A stretch of DNA of 64,000 bases from assembly GCA_009783085.1 (NCBI GenBank), contig WRHU01000001.1:128196-192195 (forward strand), in the 5' to 3' direction. Under the pieces are notes generated by a model that saw nothing but the letters and a program-made list of their open reading frames with translations, did not search any database and was not told where the DNA came from. The translations under genes and the position numbers were made by a program. Of the stretch, positions 50,401-59,631 are shown in pieces. How positions within the stretch are numbered: position 1 is the stretch's first letter; each line of letters begins with the position of its first letter. The DNA comes from Coriobacteriia bacterium (GTDB taxonomy: Bacteria; Actinomycetota; Coriobacteriia; Coriobacteriales; UBA8131).

Positions 50401-51393
50401 TCACGGGCTCTGGTTGCTTTCAGAAGTAGTATTAAGGTTAGACGAATTAATGTGGACGGGGTTGGGGCAAGAATTACTGCGGGCGGGGTTGGGGCAAGAA
50501 GGGCACGCATGCGAGGGGCTAAGGCCCTCAAGCACATTGCCTAACTCGCCGAGTTCGTGCAACGCCAGCGCACAGGCGATTACTGCCGCTGTTTCTGTTC
50601 TGAGAATACTACGTCCAAGGCTTACCGGGATAGCTCCTTTTGTTTGCAGTATCGCAATCTCTGAGCTATCAAAACCACCTTCTGAGCCAACAAAAATGGC
50701 AACGCGAGGCACGTTCGGCGGCGCAGGCAGAGCAAAAGCCTCTTTGGCATTGCCGTTTTTATCCTTTTTCAAAGTCTCGGACACGCACTTCTCAAGTGCA
50801 GCCCGTATCCCTGTGCCCGCATGCTCCTCATAAGCAACAAGCACTACGTCACAATCAGAAACAAGCGCCAAGGCTTCATCAAGTTTGCATGGTGCAGTAA
50901 TTTCCGGAACTAACGTGGCAGCTGATTGGTCGGCAGCGGCGCGTGCAAGCCGCATCCAACGCTCCTGTTTTTTGGGTCGAGCTTCTGCTGTGAGGCGCAC
51001 CGTTGAGCGCAGGCTTTCAAGGGGAACAATACGAGAAACACCCAGCTCTGTAACCTGACGAATGGTTTGATCCATTCTCTCGCCCGTTGAAATGCCTTGC
51101 ACAAGCGTTAAACGGGCAGGACGCTGATACTGCTGCTTTCCGCAAAAGCGCACTGACACAGCGACAGTTGCGTCGGTTGCTTTCTTGGGCGCACGAGGAA
51201 CTGCAGCAAGCTCAAAGGTGTGTGCTACCCCTGCCCGGTCAACCAGCACAAAGTGTTCACCTGCATTCAAACGAAGGGTTTTCATGTGCGCCACAATATC
51301 ACCTTCGACAGGCAGCTCAAAACTTACGTTCGTTTCATTTTTCTCACAAAATGAATGGGGTAAAACATCCGTATGAAAATGCGGATACGTCAT
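50401..51393 (-). CDS. rsmE: 16S rRNA (uracil1498-N3)-methyltransferase with C-terminal extension
   Basis: PUA-like N-terminus, the LESLRSTV.. region and the knot motif FVGSEGGF..E...L. About 80 aa longer than typical RsmE. Confidence 0.85.
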   Translation of the reverse strand: MTYPHFHTDVLPHSFCEKNETNVSFELPVEGDIVAHMKTLRLNAGEHFVLVDRAGVAHTFELAAVPRAPKKATDATVAVSVRFCGKQQYQRPARLTLVQGISTGERMDQTIRQVTELGVSRIVPLESLRSTVRLTAEARPKKQERWMRLARAAADQSAATLVPEITAPCKLDEALALVSDCDVVLVAYEEHAGTGIRAALEKCVSETLKKDKNGNAKEAFALPAPPNVPRVAIFVGSEGGFDSSEIAILQTKGAIPVSLGRSILRTETAAVIACALALHELGELGNVLEGLSPSHACPSCPNPARSNSCPNPVHINSSNLNTTSESNQSP

Positions 51394-51403
51394 GCAGGCT
51401 CAC

Positions 51404-52537
51404 TTATGTCAACGCATCTTTGAGCCGCTGAGAAACCGTCTTTTTGCCACTGAACTCCTCGCCAAAATCGGTAGCAAGCTCCTCGAGCAATTCTTGCTGG
51501 CGCTTGGTAAGTTTGCGCGGCACAACAACCGTTACGTGAGCGAACAAATCGCCTCGGCTTTCTTTCTTGAAAATTGACATTCCTTTGCTGCGCACACGAA
51601 CGGTTTGGTCGTTTTGGCAGCCGGGCGGTATGTTAACCTCGATATTCTCATCGGGCATTATTCCCTTAACAGAGATGGTTGCACCAAGAGCTGCCTGAGC
51701 AATCGAAACCTCAACACGTGTGTGCAGGTTGTCGCCATCACGCTGGAAGCGGTCATGCGAATCTATACGAATAGTAACAATCAAATCGCCTGCCGCTGCA
51801 CCGTGAATGCCCGCCTCACCGTGGTGCTGGAGGCGCAGCTGTTGCCCGTCGCGAATGCCATGCGGCACTTCAATGGTGAGATGTTGACGGTCGGGCAGCC
51901 TGCCTTGGCCCTCGCACTCGGGGCAGGGATTTTCGATGGTCTTACCGGTGCCGCCGCAATCAGGACAAGTAGTTTGGGTTTGCATATCACCGAGGAACGT
52001 GCGCTGAACCGAAACAATGCGCCCACGCCCCTCACAAGAAACGCACTCAACAAACGAGCCGCCCTCTCCTACTCCTTTGCCGTCACAAGTTTCGCAGGGG
52101 GCAAGGCGGTCGTAGACAATTTCTTTTTTAACACCAACGGCGATTTCCTCAAGCGTAAGCCGCAGGCCAACGCCCATATCTCGACCCTCTTTGCGCACTG
52201 CTGTGCGTCCAGCCGCAGCACCGCCAAAGAACTGCGAGAACAAATCGCCCATACCAAAACCTGAGCCAAATAAATCATTCAAGTCAACGTATTGGTAGCC
52301 AGCCCCACCAAAACCACCCGGGCCATCAACTGTGCCAAATCTATCGTATTGCGCACGCTTGTTGGAATCGCTCAGCACGTCATAGGCTTGGTTAAGCTCC
52401 TTAAAACGCTCCTCAGCATCCGGTGCTTTATTAACATCGGGGTGCAACTCACGAGCCTTTTTGTAAAAGGCTTTTTTTATGTCAGCGTCACTTGCTTCTT
52501 TAGAAACGCCTAATAATTCGTAAAAATCGGTAGCCAA
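51404..52537 (-). CDS. dnaJ: Molecular chaperone DnaJ
   Basis: J-domain (DFYELLGV, HPD), a G/F region and four CxxCxGxG zinc motifs. TTG start. Confidence 0.95.
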   Translation of the reverse strand: MATDFYELLGVSKEASDADIKKAFYKKARELHPDVNKAPDAEERFKELNQAYDVLSDSNKRAQYDRFGTVDGPGGFGGAGYQYVDLNDLFGSGFGMGDLFSQFFGGAAAGRTAVRKEGRDMGVGLRLTLEEIAVGVKKEIVYDRLAPCETCDGKGVGEGGSFVECVSCEGRGRIVSVQRTFLGDMQTQTTCPDCGGTGKTIENPCPECEGQGRLPDRQHLTIEVPHGIRDGQQLRLQHHGEAGIHGAAAGDLIVTIRIDSHDRFQRDGDNLHTRVEVSIAQAALGATISVKGIMPDENIEVNIPPGCQNDQTVRVRSKGMSIFKKESRGDLFAHVTVVVPRKLTKRQQELLEELATDFGEEFSGKKTVSQRLKDALT

Positions 52538-52593
52538 CAGTTCCCTTTCCTCGGTGTATTTATTCGGTGGTGTTCAAATAGTCTGTCATTAGT

Positions 52594-53445
52594 TTAGTTT
52601 TTCTCCCAGTCAATAACAACTGCGTTCAGGGCGCTTATTGCCTTGCGATAGTCCATTCTGGTTGAGCCAAAAAGTGCAATAACGCCGGTTGAGTCGGGCA
52701 GCGACGCACGGGAAGCCACCATAGAAAAAGCGTAAAGCTGTGCGTCTGCGTGTTCTGTTCCTATGCGAATGTGCAAGCCGGGCATGCTCTGAACCTCTTT
52801 AAGAATGCTGAGGAGGTCTCCTTGACTTTCGAGCAGCTGAATGAGCGGAAGCGCTGCGCTCGTTTCACGAAACTCTGGCTGCGTCATCAGCGTGGGCAAA
52901 CCACGGTGAAGCACCGTAGAACTTACCCGTGGAATCCATGCCACCGCCAAACAACCCACAAAGTCTGAGAGAAAGGCAAGCGTTTCGGTAATAAGTCGCA
53001 TCTGCTCGACAGGCTCCTCGCTCGCAAAGCTTCTTTTTCGAGCGATGGGCAGAGGATCTTTGGCAACACCGGAGCGTCCAGCAACGGCAGAACGCCCTGC
53101 AACAGCAGAACCCTGTGAGCCTGGAACAGAGGCTGGAATAGAGCCTGGCGTAGTTTCTTGCCACGTAGCACCGAGCCACATTTGAGCTGCCAAAGCTTCT
53201 GGGTGAAGCAGGAGGCTATTAACAAACGAGCGGTAACCAACATTGGTGGGAACACGCCCCGCAGAGGTGTGCGGCGAGATAAGATAACCGCGCTCCTCAA
53301 GCCACATAAGCTCGTTTCGAACCGTCGCAGAAGACACGTCAACAAGATAGCGACTCACGAGCCGCTTCGACCCAACAGGGTGAGCAGATTCAATGTATTC
53401 GCTAATAAGTGCCTGTAAGACGTTTTGTCTGCGCGTAGAAAGCGT
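52594..53445 (-). CDS. hrcA: Heat-inducible transcription repressor HrcA (start codon non-canonical or unresolved)
   Basis: The track ORF 52594..53358 starts inside the wHTH (SATVRNELMWLEERGY). The open frame continues upstream, encoding (T)LSTRRQNVLQALISEYIESAHPVGSKRL, with AAAGGAG at 53457..53451. The C-terminus GVIALFGSTRMDY is HrcA-like. Confidence 0.8.
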   Translation of the reverse strand, partial: TLSTRRQNVLQALISEYIESAHPVGSKRLVSRYLVDVSSATVRNELMWLEERGYLISPHTSAGRVPTNVGYRSFVNSLLLHPEALAAQMWLGATWQETTPGSIPASVPGSQGSAVAGRSAVAGRSGVAKDPLPIARKRSFASEEPVEQMRLITETLAFLSDFVGCLAVAWIPRVSSTVLHRGLPTLMTQPEFRETSAALPLIQLLESQGDLLSILKEVQSMPGLHIRIGTEHADAQLYAFSMVASRASLPDSTGVIALFGSTRMDYRKAISALNAVVIDWEKN

Positions 53446-53523
53446 AGAAACTCCTTTACTCCAACTCCTCTAGCTACCTGCAACTCAATTACTGCCAAAC
53501 TTCAATCAAGCCGCACGCAAACT

Positions 53524-53583
53524 GCAGTTCATGCCGCTGTTCGTGCCGCTGTTCGTGCCACAGTTCCTGCTGTTACTCAAGCT
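53524..53583. repeat. Degenerate 12-nt tandem repeat x5 upstream of hrcA
   Basis: GCAGTTCATGCC, GCTGTTCGTGCC, GCTGTTCGTGCC, ACAGTTCCTGCT, GTTACTCAAGCT. Confidence 0.8.
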
Positions 53584-53770
53584 ACAACCCACACACTAAC
53601 CCAAATTGCAGGATTTTTTTGGTAGTAGTATTTTAGTTATTTTTGGCTTGTTTTGAGGGAATATGCCCGTATCGTCACTGAACCGTCATAGTCATAAAAA
53701 GGCGGGCGATACTACTAAAACGGTGTAATGCGGGTGAGCCAACAGGGGCAATGAGAGAATTATGAGAGAA

Positions 53771-54970
53771 CTATGAGAGAATAAAGCGTGAAAAAAGCTC
53801 ATTGCCAAGAAGCCAGCCTTGGGTGGTGGGAACAAAACGCCCTGCTTTTTCCTCAACGAGCATGAGCGCTTGAAGCTCCTCCATAATTCCTGTGAGCTCG
53901 GGAAGTTCTTGGCTTGCGCTTACAATGCGAGAGGCTAAAACACCGTCTGCAAGCCGCATACCAAGCATCAAATCCTCCAAAACTGCCTCTTTGTGCGAAA
54001 GGCTTTCTATCACGGTATTACCCATGAGACGCTCACGGGCGCATTCACCGCCGTAGAGCTTGATGCGCATGCTTGCCGCATGCTCCCCTATTCCCAGATA
54101 CGGCACACCCGTCCAATAGGCAGTGTTGTGTTTGGAACGATAGCTTGCTGAGTTTTGCTTGTTTTCTCCCGTGCGTGCATACGAGGCAACTTCATAGCGC
54201 TCAAACCCAGCCTTGCCAAGCATCTTGGAAGCTGCAACCATCATGTCTGCTTGCAAATCCTCGTTGGCAGGCTGCAGAGCACCTCGGGCAACCGCAGCGG
54301 CAAGCGGTGTGCCTTCTTCGACAGTAAGCGGATAGATACTCAGGTGCGTCAACTGATGCGTAAGTGCTTGTTCGAGCGAAAAAGACCAGCTGGCGAGGTC
54401 TTGTACGGGAATGCCACACATAAGATCGACTGAAACATTCTCACATCGCTCCAAAATAGTTTCTATGGCACCGTGGGCTTGCTTGGCAGTATGGACGCGC
54501 CCCAAAGCGCCAAGCTCCTTGTCCACAAAACTTTGCACGCCGAGCGAAAAACGATTAACTCCCAGCGCAAAAACATCTCGCACCAAAGCCGGAGTGATGG
54601 AATCTGGATTGGCTTCAAGCGTAAACTCGGTGGTTGGCTTAAGGTTCACAGAGAGCGAAATAGTGTAGATGAGATTAACAAGGTGCTTTGCCCCTATGAA
54701 CGTAGGCGTGCCGCCGCCAATATAGATACTTTCTATGCTGCCGAGCAAGCTGTTTTTTGAGGCAGTGCGTATTTCTCTGATAGTTTGCTCAAGGTAGCTT
54801 TCTATGGCCAAATCGTCGCTGGGCAAAGCCTCAGTTTTGAAGTCGCAATACGTGCAGCGTTGTTTGCAAAAGGGAATGTGAATGTAGAGCGCACGATACG
54901 GCTCATACAGCTCTGCGTGTTGAGAACTGAGCTTAGGGATAGCGGGTAGTTTTTCGTTGTTTTCAAGCAT
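53771..54970 (-). CDS. hemW: Radical-SAM heme chaperone HemW (HemN-like)
   Basis: YIHIPFCKQRCTYCDF (CxxxCxxC), about 400 aa. Position lepA..hemW-hrcA is as in Firmicutes and Actinobacteria. Confidence 0.85.
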   Translation of the reverse strand: MLENNEKLPAIPKLSSQHAELYEPYRALYIHIPFCKQRCTYCDFKTEALPSDDLAIESYLEQTIREIRTASKNSLLGSIESIYIGGGTPTFIGAKHLVNLIYTISLSVNLKPTTEFTLEANPDSITPALVRDVFALGVNRFSLGVQSFVDKELGALGRVHTAKQAHGAIETILERCENVSVDLMCGIPVQDLASWSFSLEQALTHQLTHLSIYPLTVEEGTPLAAAVARGALQPANEDLQADMMVAASKMLGKAGFERYEVASYARTGENKQNSASYRSKHNTAYWTGVPYLGIGEHAASMRIKLYGGECARERLMGNTVIESLSHKEAVLEDLMLGMRLADGVLASRIVSASQELPELTGIMEELQALMLVEEKAGRFVPTTQGWLLGNELFSRFILS

Positions 54971-55988
54971 GACGAACCACCTGCTCAGTGTCGTTTTGCG
55001 CTTGTTCGAGAAGCTCGAGCAGCTCCTTGTAATCCTCCAGCTTTACGCAGCTGGTAAGTTTTCTCCGCAGGCTTGCCGCATGGGGCACTCCCTTAAAATA
55101 CCACGCAAAATGCCGCCGCATACTTACGAGTTTTTGCGGGTCAAACTCGGCGAGCTTGCAAGCGTGCTCCCAAGCAACCTCCATGCGTTGTTTGAGCGAA
55201 GGCTCATTGGTGTGCCCGTTTGCCCACTGCTCAGCCCTCTGCTCAGCCCACTGCTCAGCCCACTGCTCAAATATCCACGGATTGCCCTGCGCTCCCCGTG
55301 CCACCATAACGCCTGTGGCGCCACTGTCAAAATAATCGGCAATGTCGGCAGGAGTGTACACGTCGCCGCTGGCAATAACGGGAATGTCTACGGCGGCTAC
55401 CACCTGCTCGATGATTGAGCGGTCAGCCTCACCGTGGTAGTACTGGCGCGCGGTGCGCCCATGCACGGCAACCGCTGCGACCCCGGCAGCTTGCGCACCG
55501 CGCGCAAACTCAACCGCAGAGTTGTCAGAAAGCTCAAAGCCCTTGCGAAACTTGACCGTTACGGGCACGTGCACGGCAGCTACAATCGCAGCAAGGATTG
55601 CAAAGGCAAGCTTTGGCTCACTCATTAAGGCAGCCCCACCTCCCTTGTTGGCAACCTTTCGAGCTGGGCACCCCATGTTTACGTCTATGAGCGCAAGCTT
55701 ATCACCCAAGCGCTCCTCAAGCTCAGTTGCCATCGCTGCCATCGTTTCTGGCTCAGTACCAAACAGCTGAACAGCAAACGGCACTTCCTCATCAAGATAC
55801 GCCAACATAGTTTCCGTTTTGAGGTTGCCGTACGAAAGCCCCTTTGCACTTATCATCTCGGTGTAGGTAAGTGCCGCCCCTTTGCGTTTGCAGAGAGAGC
55901 GAAACACGGGATCATTGACTCCTGCCATCGGTGCAAGCATGACGGGTTTTGAGGCAAAAAACGTATCTAAAGAAAATTGCTTGTTCAT
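54963..55988 (-). CDS. dusB: tRNA-dihydrouridine synthase
   Basis: LAPMAGVND, DVNMGCP and the FMN-binding TIM-barrel pattern. Contains an in-frame EQWAEQWAEQRAEQWA repeat. Confidence 0.9.
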   Translation of the reverse strand: MNKQFSLDTFFASKPVMLAPMAGVNDPVFRSLCKRKGAALTYTEMISAKGLSYGNLKTETMLAYLDEEVPFAVQLFGTEPETMAAMATELEERLGDKLALIDVNMGCPARKVANKGGGAALMSEPKLAFAILAAIVAAVHVPVTVKFRKGFELSDNSAVEFARGAQAAGVAAVAVHGRTARQYYHGEADRSIIEQVVAAVDIPVIASGDVYTPADIADYFDSGATGVMVARGAQGNPWIFEQWAEQWAEQRAEQWANGHTNEPSLKQRMEVAWEHACKLAEFDPQKLVSMRRHFAWYFKGVPHAASLRRKLTSCVKLEDYKELLELLEQAQNDTEQVVRHA

Positions 55989-56026
55989 CTAAAAGTTCTT
56001 ATCAGGTAACGGTGCTGTTCGACTGA

Positions 56027-57844
56027 CTACTCGTCAACTTTGAGAATTGCCATAAAGGCCTCTTGCGGCACTTCAACGCTTCCAATACTTTTCATACGTT
56101 TTTTGCCCGCCTTTTGTTTTTCAAGCAGTTTGCGCTTGCGAGTAATGTCACCGCCATAGCACTTTGCCAACACGTCTTTGCGGCGAGCCTTTACGGTAGT
56201 GCGTGCCAAAATACGGCTGCCAATAGCTGCCTGAATGGGCACTTCAAACATCTGTCTCGGAATAATTTCTTTCAGTTTTTTGGTGAGAATATCGCCTCGG
56301 TCGTAGGCCTTGTCTTTGTGAACAATAAAACTGAGAGCGTCCACCGGCTTGCCCGAGAGCAGTATGTCAAGCTTGACTAACTCGGAGGCTCGATATTCAG
56401 AAAATTCATAATCTAAAGAAGCATAACCACGTGTGCGACTTTTAAGCTGGTCAAAATAGTCCATGATAAGCTCACTTAAGGGAATGGCCCATTTCATCTC
56501 AACGGTATTTTGCGAGAGGTATTGCATATTGTCAAAAATCCCTCGCCGCCCAACGCTTAAGTCCATAACCGCACCTACGTAATCAGGAGGAATGAGAATT
56601 GTGGCATCTAAATACGGCTCCTCAATGCGCTCAATTAAAGTGGCATCGGGCATATCTTGCGGCGAGTGAATGGAAAGTACCTCACCTTTTGTGGTGTAAA
56701 CATGGTACTCAACGCTTGGTGCCGTGGCGAGCAAATCAAGGTCAAACTCACGCTCCAAACGCTCCTTGATAACCTCCATGTGCAAAAGCCCCAAGAAACC
56801 AACACGAAATCCAAAGCCTAAAGCGTGGCTTGTTTCTGGTTCATAAATCAAGGCGGGGTCATTGAGGGAAAGCTTATCAAGCGCATCACGCAAATCGGGG
56901 TATTGGTCGCCGTCTATGGGATACAAACCTGTGTACACCATAGGCTTTACCTCACGATAACCAGACAAGGGCTCGCTCGCTCCCCCACGGGCAAGCGTTA
57001 CCGTATCGCCCACCTTAACATCTTTGGGGTCTTTGAGTCCCGTTACCAAATAACCAACCTCACCAGCGCTCAGGCTTTCAACCGGCGTGTTGGCAGGACG
57101 GCGAATGCCTACTTCCTCAACTTGAGTAGTAATTTTATTAGCCATAAAGGTTACTTGAGCGTTTTTTTCTAGCACACCATCTACTATGCGAACCAGCGCA
57201 ATAACGCCTCGGTAGGCATCAAAATATGAGTCAAAAATGAGAGCCTTGAGCGGTGCGTTTGGGTCGCCTGTAGGTGCGGGAATATGCTGGCATATCGCCT
57301 CGAGCAAATCCTCGATGCCCTCCCCCGTTTTTCCCGAGGCAAGTATGGCATCATCTGCCGGAAGCGCAAGCCCTTCCTCAATTTCTGCACGCACCCGCTC
57401 GGGGTCGGTGGCGGGCAGGTCAATTTTGTTAATCAGCGGAATAATCTCGAGCTTGGCGTTCATCGCCATAAGGGCGTTTGCAATGGTTTGTGCCTCGACA
57501 CCTTGCGTGGAATCCACCACCAACACCGCACCTTCGCAGGCGGCAAGTGAGCGAGAAACCTCATAGGTAAAGTCAACGTGCCCGGGTGTGTCAATGAGAT
57601 TAAACTGATAGATTTGCCCGTCGCGCGCCGTATATGACACACATACAGCTTGCGACTTGATGGTAATGCCCCGCTCACGCTCGATGTCCATAGAGTCCAA
57701 AACCTGCTCAACCATATCTCGCTCAGAAACGGTATGGGTAAACTCGAGCATACGGTCGGCCAGAGTTGATTTTCCGTGGTCGATGTGTGCAATGATGGAA
57801 AAGTTTCGTATGTTTTCTTGTGCAGTCATTTCTTGGGTAGCCAT
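56027..57844 (-). CDS. lepA: Elongation factor 4 (LepA)
   Basis: [29 protein letters not shown] and the LepA-specific C-terminal domain. Confidence 0.97.
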   Translation of the reverse strand: MATQEMTAQENIRNFSIIAHIDHGKSTLADRMLEFTHTVSERDMVEQVLDSMDIERERGITIKSQAVCVSYTARDGQIYQFNLIDTPGHVDFTYEVSRSLAACEGAVLVVDSTQGVEAQTIANALMAMNAKLEIIPLINKIDLPATDPERVRAEIEEGLALPADDAILASGKTGEGIEDLLEAICQHIPAPTGDPNAPLKALIFDSYFDAYRGVIALVRIVDGVLEKNAQVTFMANKITTQVEEVGIRRPANTPVESLSAGEVGYLVTGLKDPKDVKVGDTVTLARGGASEPLSGYREVKPMVYTGLYPIDGDQYPDLRDALDKLSLNDPALIYEPETSHALGFGFRVGFLGLLHMEVIKERLEREFDLDLLATAPSVEYHVYTTKGEVLSIHSPQDMPDATLIERIEEPYLDATILIPPDYVGAVMDLSVGRRGIFDNMQYLSQNTVEMKWAIPLSELIMDYFDQLKSRTRGYASLDYEFSEYRASELVKLDILLSGKPVDALSFIVHKDKAYDRGDILTKKLKEIIPRQMFEVPIQAAIGSRILARTTVKARRKDVLAKCYGGDITRKRKLLEKQKAGKKRMKSIGSVEVPQEAFMAILKVDE

Positions 57845-57878
57845 CTGTCCTTTTTTTTGGTATCTCTGTTTAATGAAA

Positions 57879-57908
57879 GAACCGCCGCCGCTTAAGCGGC
57901 GGCGGTTC
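57879..57908 (-). terminator. Rho-independent terminator downstream of rpsA
   Basis: GAACCGCCGCCGC-TTAA-GCGGCGGCGGTTC is a perfect 13-bp GC-rich stem, followed on the minus strand by TTTCATT. Confidence 0.8.
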
Positions 57909-57933
57909 TAAATCTTTTACTCAAACAACGTGC

Positions 57934-59361
57934 CTATTTTTCCTCGGCAGCCTCGTCGACTACTTCGGCAGCTTCTTCAATAACCTCTGCAACTTCTTCG
58001 GTTATCTCTGCAGCCGCCTCGACAGCGTCCTCGACAGCATCTTCAACAACCTCAGTAGCATCCTCAGAAAGCTCAGCGGCAGCTTCGTCTACAGGGGTGT
58101 CCTCAGAAGCCTCAACAGCCTCAAGGCTCTCGCCAGCCTCAGCAGCTATGGCAGCCTCGCCCTCCTCAAAAGCCTCCTCAACACTTTCGCCTCGACGAGT
58201 TCGTCCGTCTTTTGGCTTAAGCATAGAGGGGTCGGGCTCGGCAATCTCAATCTCGATGCCCAGCGTCTCAGCCGCAGCTTTCATAGAAAGCGAAATGCGG
58301 CGGCGCTCCTCGTCAATGTCTATGACTTTTACGTGTACCTCATCGCCCACGTGGACAACCTGTGCCGGAGCAATAATATGACGTGCAGCCATCTCAGAAA
58401 TATGAACAAGACCCTCAACGGTATCGCCCAGCTCAACAAAGGCACCAAAGGTGAGAAGCTTGGTGACCTTGCCCTCAAGAATTGCCCCCACAGGATAATT
58501 CTTAACCAGCTGACGCCATGGATCCTCGGTGGTTTGCTTAAGGCCCAGCGAGATACGCTCACGTCTCATATCAACGTCAAGCACCTCAACCTCAACCTCA
58601 TCGCCAACTTTTACTACCTCTGAGGGGTGGGTTACGTGGTTCCACGACAGCTCGCTGATGTGTACCAGACCGTCAATGCCACCAAGGTCAACAAAGGCAC
58701 CAAACTCAACAATCGAGGACACGGCACCTTTAAGGCGCATGCCCTTGGTAAGTTTTTCAAGTATTTCGGAACGCTCGTTTTTGCGGCCTTCCTCAAGCAC
58801 AACACGACGCGAAAGCACGACGTTGTTGCGATTGCGATCCATTTCAATAACACGAGCTTCAATTTGCTCGCCCGTAAAGGATTCCAAATCCTTAACACGA
58901 CGCAAGTCAACGAGCGAAGCGGGCAAGAAGCCACGCAGGCCGATATCGAGGATAAGACCGCCTTTAACGACCTCGATAACCTCGCCGATTACGTTTTCGC
59001 CCTCATTGAACTTCTGCTCAATGTCAATCCAGGCACGCTCGTATTCAGCACGCTTTTTAGAAAGGATAAGACGTCCGTCCTTGTCCTCTTTTTGAAGCAC
59101 GAGGGCTTCAATTTTTTCGTCAACAGAAACAATCTCTGACGGATCAGCGTCTTTGCGAATCGAAAGCTCGCGCGATGGAATTACGCCCTCAGACTTAAAG
59201 CCAATGTCGAGAAGCACTTCATCGTGCTCGATTTTAACAACAACGCCTGTTACCAAGTCGCCTTCATCAAAATCGCTGATGGTGTTGTCGATAAGTTCGT
59301 TTAGCTGCGCGTCATCGATGTCGCTCAGCTCAATTACCGACGGGTTCTTGATGTCACTCAA
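57934..59361 (-). CDS. rpsA: 30S ribosomal protein S1
   Basis: Four S1 motifs (G.V..I......V..G, repeated) and an acidic Ala/Glu-rich C-terminal tail. TTG start after GGAAGGGG. Confidence 0.95.
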   Translation of the reverse strand: MSDIKNPSVIELSDIDDAQLNELIDNTISDFDEGDLVTGVVVKIEHDEVLLDIGFKSEGVIPSRELSIRKDADPSEIVSVDEKIEALVLQKEDKDGRLILSKKRAEYERAWIDIEQKFNEGENVIGEVIEVVKGGLILDIGLRGFLPASLVDLRRVKDLESFTGEQIEARVIEMDRNRNNVVLSRRVVLEEGRKNERSEILEKLTKGMRLKGAVSSIVEFGAFVDLGGIDGLVHISELSWNHVTHPSEVVKVGDEVEVEVLDVDMRRERISLGLKQTTEDPWRQLVKNYPVGAILEGKVTKLLTFGAFVELGDTVEGLVHISEMAARHIIAPAQVVHVGDEVHVKVIDIDEERRRISLSMKAAAETLGIEIEIAEPDPSMLKPKDGRTRRGESVEEAFEEGEAAIAAEAGESLEAVEASEDTPVDEAAAELSEDATEVVEDAVEDAVEAAAEITEEVAEVIEEAAEVVDEAAEEK

Positions 59362-59499
59362 AGGTGGCCCCTTCCAACTACGGGGCCCCGTCCTAACCCA
59401 GTTACCATGCCGTTCTCAAACATACGTCGTGGGCTTACAAAAAATCTGTCCGGGGCCAATACAATACCACCGTATGCTCATGCATACGACTTTGATTGA

Positions 59500-59528
59500 A
59501 GTATAGGGCTTTATGTTCCTTTGCACAA
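59500..59528 (-). promoter_or_regulatory. Candidate sigma-70-type promoter of rpsA (TTGTGC-N17-TATACT)
   Basis: Minus strand -35 at 59528..59523 and -10 at 59505..59500. The spacer is nearly identical to that of the promoter at 61162..61190. Confidence 0.5.
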
Positions 59529-59557
59529 GCATACTTTGTTATTTTTTTCACAGAATA

Positions 59558-59586
59558 GTAAAAAGGGCCATGCTGACCCTTTTTAC
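59558..59586 (-). terminator. Rho-independent terminator downstream of the 59632..60423 gene
   Basis: GTAAAAAGGG-(9 nt)-CCCTTTTTAC. The T-run follows the stem on the minus strand. Confidence 0.7.
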
Positions 59587-59631
59587 CTAGATTTTTTATA
59601 CCCGCCTTACTCAAAACAGTGCAGTTTGTGT

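Noticed and set aside
53446-53770. CIRCE operator (TTAGCACTC-N9-GAGTGCTAA) expected near hrcA.
   Set aside because: No match to either half-site by eye in the hemW-hrcA spacer or elsewhere in the window.
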